From contig JBEKXB010000010.1 of assembly GCA_049512455.1 (NCBI GenBank), forward strand, positions 4,969 through 68,968: 64,000 nt of DNA. Direction: 5' to 3'. The stretch comes from Solirubrobacteraceae bacterium. GTDB lineage: Bacteria; Actinomycetota; Thermoleophilia; Solirubrobacterales; Solirubrobacteraceae. A program made the position numbers and the translations under genes. Of the stretch, positions 58,206 through 64,000 are shown in pieces. The notes beneath the pieces are model-generated. The model searched no databases, had not been told where the DNA came from, and saw only the letters and a program-made list of their open reading frames with translations. Position 1 is the stretch's first letter, and the number at the start of each line of letters is the position of its first letter.

Positions 58206-59014
58206 CGAACGCGTAGGCGCAGCTCGTGATCAGCACGCACGCCGAGCTGGTTCGCGGCCGATCCGCGGTTGACGGCGAGGGCGAGCATTCCGCGGGCGTC
58301 GCTGTAGAGAAGCAGCGCGCCGGGGGTGAGCTCGGAGAAGCGCCCGCAGACTCGTGCCGGCGCGTCGAGGCCGTCGATCTCGACGACGACATCTGCGGAC
58401 GGCACGATGCCTACCTTTGCGGCGAGCTCGGGCGTCGCGTCGAGGCTGACGTTGCCATAGCCGTCGATCGCAAGGACATGCGCGATGACCACTTGCGCGT
58501 CGAGCCGCGGTTCGGGGAGGGCAAGCGCGATCAGGCTCTCGACGTCGATCGGCGAGCCGAGCTTGCGCAGTTGCGCGCCGTCGGCGAGCGCGGCGGCAAC
58601 CGGGGCGAAGATGTCGCGCCCGTGGAAGGTTGCCGACGTCGGCTGCAGGCGCTCGCTCGAGTTGCCGATATCGATCGCCGTGCGCGGCCCGCCGAAGTGC
58701 GCGGCGGCGAGAGCAAGCAGACCGTTGTCGGGGCCGACGAGGAAGCGCGACTGCCTGCGGGTCTGGAGCGCGACGGCACGCCGTCCTCCGCCGACGCCCG
58801 GATCGACGATTGCGAGATGCACGCCGACCGGCGTATAGGGGAGCGCGGCGGCGAGCGTGAGCGCACCGGACCGGATGTCGTGGCGTGGCACGCCGTGGGT
58901 CAGGTCGAGGATCCGTGCGGTCGGGCACCGTCGTGCGATGACGCCGTGGCAGGTGCCGACGAACTCGTCGGCGTAACCGTAGTCGGACAGGAACGTGATC
59001 AGTGGCGCCGTCAC
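58202..59014 (-). CDS. SAM hydrolase / SAM hydroxide adenosyltransferase family protein (DUF62)
   Basis: ITFLSDYGYADEFVGTCHGVI and HLAIVDPGVG motifs. Confidence 0.8.
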   Translation of the reverse strand: MTAPLITFLSDYGYADEFVGTCHGVIARRCPTARILDLTHGVPRHDIRSGALTLAAALPYTPVGVHLAIVDPGVGGGRRAVALQTRRQSRFLVGPDNGLLALAAAHFGGPRTAIDIGNSSERLQPTSATFHGRDIFAPVAAALADGAQLRKLGSPIDVESLIALALPEPRLDAQVVIAHVLAIDGYGNVSLDATPELAAKVGIVPSADVVVEIDGLDAPARVCGRFSELTPGALLLYSDARGMLALAVNRGSAANQLGVRADHELRLRVR

Positions 59015-60486
59015 GTCGCGTTCACCGCGTCGGCTACGAGCGCGTCCACCAGGCCCTGGATGTCGTGGCGTCCGGCCTCGACGTGTGGCTCGATGCCGTG
59101 CTCGCGGAGTGTCTCGCTCGTTACCGGGCCGATCGATGCGATCCGCGTTCCGCCGGCGGGGGCGGCCCGCTCGAGGAAGAAGCGCACCGTGGAGGACGAC
59201 GTAAACGTGAGGTAGTCGGCGTCCGCGAGCGACGCCACGGTTGCGGCGTCGAGCGGCTCGGCGACGGTGTCGTAGAGCGCGACGACGGTGACCTCGGCGC
59301 CGCGGTCGCGTAGTCCCGCGACGAGCGTCTCGCGCGCGTCGGCCGCGCGTGCGATCAGCGCGTGGCGCACCTCGCGCGAGCCGAGGGCTTCGATCAGTCC
59401 CTCGGCGACGAAGCGCTGCGGGACGACATCGGCGATCACGCCGTGAGCGTTCAGCGCCGCAGCCGTCCCGGGACCGATCGCCGCAACGCGCAGCCCGGCG
59501 AGCGCGCGGGCGTCGAGTCCCTGCTCGCGCAGCCGCTCGAAGAACAGCGCCACGCCGTTGGCGCTCGTGAGGCAGAGCAGATCGAAGGTGTGCAGCGCAG
59601 GCAGCGTCAGGGCGCGCGGCACGATCCTGATCGCGGGCGTCTCGAGCACGCGGGCGCCAAGTGAGCGCAGCACGCTCGCGAGCTCGCTCGCCTGCGCACG
59701 GGCGCGGGTGACGGCGACCGTCTTGCCGGCCAGCGGTCCGCGCCCCACCCAGCCCAGCTCGTCGGCCAGCTGGCAGACGTCGCCGACGATCGTGACGGCA
59801 GGTGCGCGCAGATCGTGCTCCGCCGCCCGCTGAGCGAGCGTCGCGAGTGTCGCGAGGATCGTGCGCTGCTCGGGGAGCGTGCCGCGCTCGACGATCGCCG
59901 CCGGCTGACCGGCCGGCCGCCCGGCGGCGATCAGCCGCTTGGAGAGCTCGCCCAGGTGACGGACGCCCATGTAGAACACGAGCGTTCCCGGAAACGCCCC
60001 GAGGGCGTTCCAGTCGAGTGCGGCCTCATGCTTGCCGGGGTCCTCGTGTGCGGTCACGAGCGCGACGGCGCTCGCGACTCCGCGTTGCGTCACGGGAATC
60101 CCGGCATACGCTGCGGCCGCGATGCCGGCGGTGATGCCGGGGACGACCTCGAAATCGATCCCGGCAGCCCGAAGCGCGAGGGCCTCCTCGCCACCGCGGC
60201 CGAAGACGAACGGGTCGCCGCCTTTCAAGCGCACGACGAGCGCCCCAGCCCGAGCACGATCGAGCATCAGCTTGTCGGTATCGGCTTGGGACACTGACGG
60301 CCCGCCGCACTCCTTGCCGACATAGAGCAGCTCCGCATCCGCCCGGGCGCCGGCCAGCGCCTGCTCGCCGATCAAGCGGTCGTAGAGGATCACGTCGGCG
60401 GCTGCGATCAGCTCGATCGCGCGCGCCGTAAGTAGGCCCGGATCACCGGGGCCGCCGCCGACGATGCAGACACGCCCGCCGCTCAC
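59011..60486 (-). CDS. bifunctional uroporphyrinogen-III C-methyltransferase / uroporphyrinogen-III synthase
   Basis: N-terminal CobA domain (VGGGPGDPGLLT, RLKGGDPFVFGRGGEE) and C-terminal HemD-like domain. Confidence 0.85.
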   Translation of the reverse strand: MSGGRVCIVGGGPGDPGLLTARAIELIAAADVILYDRLIGEQALAGARADAELLYVGKECGGPSVSQADTDKLMLDRARAGALVVRLKGGDPFVFGRGGEEALALRAAGIDFEVVPGITAGIAAAAYAGIPVTQRGVASAVALVTAHEDPGKHEAALDWNALGAFPGTLVFYMGVRHLGELSKRLIAAGRPAGQPAAIVERGTLPEQRTILATLATLAQRAAEHDLRAPAVTIVGDVCQLADELGWVGRGPLAGKTVAVTRARAQASELASVLRSLGARVLETPAIRIVPRALTLPALHTFDLLCLTSANGVALFFERLREQGLDARALAGLRVAAIGPGTAAALNAHGVIADVVPQRFVAEGLIEALGSREVRHALIARAADARETLVAGLRDRGAEVTVVALYDTVAEPLDAATVASLADADYLTFTSSSTVRFFLERAAPAGGTRIASIGPVTSETLREHGIEPHVEAGRHDIQGLVDALVADAVNAT

Positions 60487-61352
60487 AGCATCTCGCTCGC
60501 CCCGACACTGCGCAACCGCTCAGCCACCGTCTCACCAAGTGTGACCGGATCGCTGCCGCGGTGGCTGTCACGCAGCCACCGCGACCCGTCGGCGCGGCCG
60601 ACAAATGCGCGCAACTCGAGTGTTCCGTCGGCTTGAACGCTCGCGTGTGCGCCGATCGGGGTGTGACAGTTGGCACCGAGCGCGTTCGCGAGCGCACGCT
60701 CCGCCGCCAGTGCCCGCTCCGTGTCGCTGTCGCGAAGCGCGGAGATCGCGGCGGCGACGCGCTCGTCGCCCGAGCGTGCCTCGATCGCGAGCGTCCCCTG
60801 ACCGACCGCGGGGATCAGCTCGTCGAGCGGGGCGCCGCCGCTGCGTCCGAGTCGCCCGAGCGCGGCACAGGCGAGCACGACGGCGTCGAGCGAGCCGTCA
60901 TGCAGGCGGCGCAAGCGCGTGTCGATGTTGCCCGCGATCGCGACGACCGCGATGTCGTCGCGGAGCGCGCGGAGCTGCGCCGTGCGACGCAGGCTGCTCG
61001 TGCCGATCCGCGCTCCGCTCGCCAGCGCGGCGAGCGAGGGGGCGCCGCAGAGCGCGTCGCGGGCGTCGGCACGCTGCGGCGCCCCGATCAGCTCGAGTCC
61101 GTCGGCCAGCGTCCCCGGGACGTCCTTGGCGGAGTGCACCGCGAGGTCGATCTCCCCCGCCACGAGCGCGTCCTCGATCCTGTCGACCCAGCGCTGCTTG
61201 TCCTCGAGGGCGCTGTTCGGCTGGTCCCCGCTCGTTCTCACGCGCACGAGCTCGACCTCGGCGTCGATCGCCGACGCGACGAGCGCAGCCTGCGCGAGCG
61301 CCAGCGGGCTCGCCCGCGTGCCGAGCCGCAGCGGCGCCCGCAGGCCGCTCAC
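60483..61352 (-). CDS. hemC: hydroxymethylbilane synthase
   Basis: LRLGTRASPLALAQA, VHSAKD and GNIDTRL motifs. Confidence 0.9.
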   Translation of the reverse strand: MSGLRAPLRLGTRASPLALAQAALVASAIDAEVELVRVRTSGDQPNSALEDKQRWVDRIEDALVAGEIDLAVHSAKDVPGTLADGLELIGAPQRADARDALCGAPSLAALASGARIGTSSLRRTAQLRALRDDIAVVAIAGNIDTRLRRLHDGSLDAVVLACAALGRLGRSGGAPLDELIPAVGQGTLAIEARSGDERVAAAISALRDSDTERALAAERALANALGANCHTPIGAHASVQADGTLELRAFVGRADGSRWLRDSHRGSDPVTLGETVAERLRSVGASEML

Positions 61353-62707
61353 GCGCCGCTGCCGCGCCGCAGCACGCGCACGTTGTCGTGCTCGGCCGGC
61401 GGTGCGTGCTGGCCTGCGGGCGCGTGCTCGGCGGTGCCGTCCGCGCTGCGCCCAAGCGCGAACAGCTCGCGCAGCAGCTCGACGGCGCGATGGCGTCGCG
61501 TCGCGTCGAGGGCCTTGAGTTGGACCGTCGGCTCGTGCAGCAGGCGCGCGGTGACGGCGCGTGCGAGTGTCTCGACACGCTCCAGGTCGCCCGGAGAGGC
61601 TGACTCCCAGCGCCCGCTGTTCTCGGCGAGGACCGCTTCGACGACCTGCTCGCCGCGGTCACGCAGCGCAGCGATCGTCGGGTGAACATCCAGCGCTCCG
61701 AGCCAGCCCGCGAAGCGGTCTATCTCCTCGGCGACGATCTGCTCGGCGCGCGGCACATCGGCTGCGCGGCTCGACAGGTTGCGCGCAAGCACCGCCTGGA
61801 GGTCGTCGATGTCGCGCAGCGTCACACCGTCGAGCTCCGCGCACGCCGGCTCGACATCGCGCGGTACCGCGATGTCGATCAGCAGCAGCGGCCGTCCGTC
61901 ACGCTCGGCCATCACGACCTCGAGCTCGTCGCGGCCGACGATCGCGTGCGGCGACGCCGTCGAGGCGAGCACGATGTCCGCCGCCGCCAGCTGCCCCGGA
62001 AGGTGATCGAGGCCGACGACCGCACCGCCGAAACGCTCTGCCATCGAGCGCGCCCGGTCGGCGTGGCGGTTGGCGACGAAGATCGTCCGTACGCCCCGCG
62101 CCGCGAGCGCCTGCGCCGTCAACTCGCTCGTCTCGCCGGCGCCGATGATCACGACATGGCGACCGGACAGCTCGCCGAGCAGCGTGTCGGCGAGCTCCAC
62201 GGCCACCGATGAGAGGCTAACGTGGCTGGAGGCGAGCGCCGTCTCGGTGCGCACCCGCTTGCCGGTGTGCAGTGCGGCGGTGAACAGGCGGTTGGTGAGC
62301 GGTCCGGTGGTGGCGGTGATCAGCGCCGCCTCGTAGGCGCGCTTGACCTGGCCCTGAACCTCGTGCTCGCCGAGGATCATCGAATCCAGGCCGGCCGTGA
62401 CGCGGAACAGCTGCCGGGCGGCGTCGCAGTTGCGCGGCGCGTAGACGAGCTCGGCGAGCTCGGTCGGCGGGATGCCGGCGTGACGCGCGAGCGCTGCGAG
62501 CGCCGCGCCTTCCGCGGCGAGCGCATCGCCAACGAGATAGATCTCGGTGCGGTTGCAGGTCGAGATCGCGACGGACTCCTCGATCCCGGCCTCGCCACAG
62601 AGCGCGCTCGTCAGGCGGAGCGCCTGCTGCTCGGTCAGCGCGACGCGCTCGCGAAGCGCTACAGGAGCAGCCTTGTAGGAGACGCCGAGGCAGAGCAGCT
62701 CGCTCAT
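61349..62707 (-). CDS. hemA: glutamyl-tRNA reductase
   Basis: CLGVSYKAAPVALRE, STCNRTEIY and IGAGETS motifs. Confidence 0.9.
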   Translation of the reverse strand: MSELLCLGVSYKAAPVALRERVALTEQQALRLTSALCGEAGIEESVAISTCNRTEIYLVGDALAAEGAALAALARHAGIPPTELAELVYAPRNCDAARQLFRVTAGLDSMILGEHEVQGQVKRAYEAALITATTGPLTNRLFTAALHTGKRVRTETALASSHVSLSSVAVELADTLLGELSGRHVVIIGAGETSELTAQALAARGVRTIFVANRHADRARSMAERFGGAVVGLDHLPGQLAAADIVLASTASPHAIVGRDELEVVMAERDGRPLLLIDIAVPRDVEPACAELDGVTLRDIDDLQAVLARNLSSRAADVPRAEQIVAEEIDRFAGWLGALDVHPTIAALRDRGEQVVEAVLAENSGRWESASPGDLERVETLARAVTARLLHEPTVQLKALDATRRHRAVELLRELFALGRSADGTAEHAPAGQHAPPAEHDNVRVLRRGSGA

Positions 62708-62889
62708 TGAGGATCGTCGTCCTGGCTGGCGTGGCGCTGGCGGGCAAGCTCGGTCAGCTCGGCGAGCGTGCGCTCGCTGCGCACGAGCTTCGTGGCCATG
62801 ATCGCGACGTAGATCAGGATGATCGCGAAGAACACCACGTAGGCGCCAGCGACGTAGGGACCGGCGGAGTGGAGTGGAAGCGCGGGCAT
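62704..62889 (-). CDS. ccmD: small single-TM protein, CcmD-like (haem exporter protein D)
   Basis: 61 aa. YVAGAYVVFFAIILIYVAIM TM followed by a basic/acidic tail. Located directly after ccmC. Confidence 0.5.
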   Translation of the reverse strand: MPALPLHSAGPYVAGAYVVFFAIILIYVAIMATKLVRSERTLAELTELARQRHASQDDDPQ

Positions 62890-63632
62890 CAGTTGGGGCT
62901 TGCGATCCGGCTCAGTGATGGCGCCGCGCTGCGACGCGCAGGAGCGTCGTCATGATCCTCTCCCAGCGCCCGCCGCAGCTGACGCAGCTGCGCGGCAACG
63001 TGCTTGGCCGTCATCTCGAACTTCCACAGCGTGACCCATAGCAGCGTCATGCTGACCATCGACAGGTAGAAGACGACCTGCATGCGACCCGGCAGGTTGC
63101 CGCTGATGTTGTCGAGCGTGCGCGGGTGCACGTACGCCGGCGACAGTCGCACGATGCCGAAGCAGACCGGCACGAACACGCCGGCCGTGATCGCGAAGAC
63201 CGAGGCGTAGCGCGCCTGACGCTCAGGGTCCTCGATTGCGAAGCGCAGAGGCTGGTAGGTCGCGTACAGCAACATGATGAGCAGGAACGAGACGAGCGTC
63301 GGCTCCTGCCAGACCCACCAGTGGCCCCACGCCCCGCGGGCCCAGATCGAGCCGCTGAGCAGCACGGCGATGCCGAAGATCAGCGAGATGTGGATCGCGA
63401 CGTAGGAGCGCATGTCCCAGCGCTCGTCGCGCGTGTGCAGGTGCGCGACCGCCATCAGCCCGGCCGCGACGAAGCCGCAGAGCGTGATGATCGCGAGCGG
63501 GACGTGGAGGTAGAGGATCTTCTCCAGGAAGCCGTAGGTGGCGTTCGGCGCCCAGAAGAAGACAGCCGCGAGCGTGAGCGTGACCGCTCCAGCCGTGATG
63601 AGCGAGAGGGACCGCAGCCCCTTGCCGTACAT
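62889..63632 (-). CDS. ccmC: haem exporter protein CcmC
   Basis: ILYLHVP and the Trp-rich motif WGHWWVWQEPT. Six TM helices. Start at MYGKG (cat at 63630-63632). Confidence 0.85.
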   Translation of the reverse strand: MYGKGLRSLSLITAGAVTLTLAAVFFWAPNATYGFLEKILYLHVPLAIITLCGFVAAGLMAVAHLHTRDERWDMRSYVAIHISLIFGIAVLLSGSIWARGAWGHWWVWQEPTLVSFLLIMLLYATYQPLRFAIEDPERQARYASVFAITAGVFVPVCFGIVRLSPAYVHPRTLDNISGNLPGRMQVVFYLSMVSMTLLWVTLWKFEMTAKHVAAQLRQLRRALGEDHDDAPARRSAAPSLSRIASPN

Positions 63633-63636
63633 CGGA

Positions 63637-64000
63637 TCAGTCCTCCAGGAGGAAGTCGAATAGCGCGAAGGCGAGCAACCCGAACAGCGCATCATAGAGC
63701 GCCACTGTCACGAGCCAGCGGAGCGGGAGGGTGCCGGCGTGCAGCGGATCGAACAAGGGGGCCGTCGCCCGCGCGACGCACAGCAGCACCGGGACGAGCA
63801 GCGGCAGCGACACCAGCGGGCCGAGCAGGTCGCGCGCCTGCGTGCGGATCGCGAGCGCCCCGACGAGCGCCCCGATCACCGCGATCCCGAGATCGCCGAG
63901 CGCCAGCACAGCGAGCAGCCCCGGCAGCGCCTGGCCGAGCGGGGGCTGGAGCAGCAGCACGCCGAACACGGGGACGGCGACGATCTCGACCGCCACTAGG
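63637..64000 (-). CDS. ccmB: haem exporter protein CcmB, C-terminal part (5' end outside window)
   Basis: Hydrophobic CcmB-like sequence (LLAVLALGDLGIAVIGALVGAL...) with the frame open to the window edge. Immediately upstream of ccmC. Confidence 0.65.
   Translation of the reverse strand, partial: LVAVEIVAVPVFGVLLLQPPLGQALPGLLAVLALGDLGIAVIGALVGALAIRTQARDLLGPLVSLPLLVPVLLCVARATAPLFDPLHAGTLPLRWLVTVALYDALFGLLAFALFDFLLED

Overview
This is a very GC-rich bacterial chromosomal segment (third codon positions are almost always G/C), densely coding on both strands. Gene content and order include rpsF-ssb-rpsR-rplI-dnaB, menaquinone genes, otsA, an MtrAB-like two-component pair and an ECF sigma/anti-sigma pair. 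Together these suggest a high-GC Gram-positive-type lineage (Actinomycetota, perhaps a deep branch such as Thermoleophilia/Rubrobacteria); this is inference only. I call 2 tRNAs (Lys-CTT, Arg-CCT), about 70 CDS, one gene relic and a few repeats, hairpins and candidate regulatory sites. I saw no rRNA, CRISPR array, transposase or integrase. The main modules are as follows. (1) A cytochrome c fragment plus menG and a polyprenyl synthase. (2) A surface-glycan decoration cluster built around a LicD/fukutin-like transferase and a cytidylyltransferase. (3) tatC. (4) A roughly 10 kb, 12-gene operon for a group 3b-type (sulfhydrogenase-like) [NiFe]-hydrogenase with its protease and hypACDEF genes, divergent from a NiCoT nickel permease. 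(5) Housekeeping genes (purA, dnaB, ribosomal proteins, ssb, infA, thiL, PBP1A, pyrE, dtd, birA). (6) A chain of overlapping genes ccmB-ccmC-ccmD-hemA-hemC-cobA/hemD-DUF62-birA. The observations most worth following up are listed here. A stand-alone cNMP-binding-domain gene is translationally embedded between hydrogenase subunit genes. A cysteine-free HypA lacks the zinc module, and no hypB lies in the operon. A DnaC/DnaI-type helicase loader with a Cys4 N-terminus sits next to dnaB. An SF2 helicase has a roughly 115-residue poly-acidic insertion upstream of its Walker A motif. infA and thiL are in the same frame, separated by a single TAG, and the conserved ThiL N-terminus has no canonical start codon. 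An unannotated 46-codon membrane ORF lies antisense to the rpsF leader. The rplI-dnaB spacer is heavily structured. All functional calls rest on motifs read by eye; no database search was possible.
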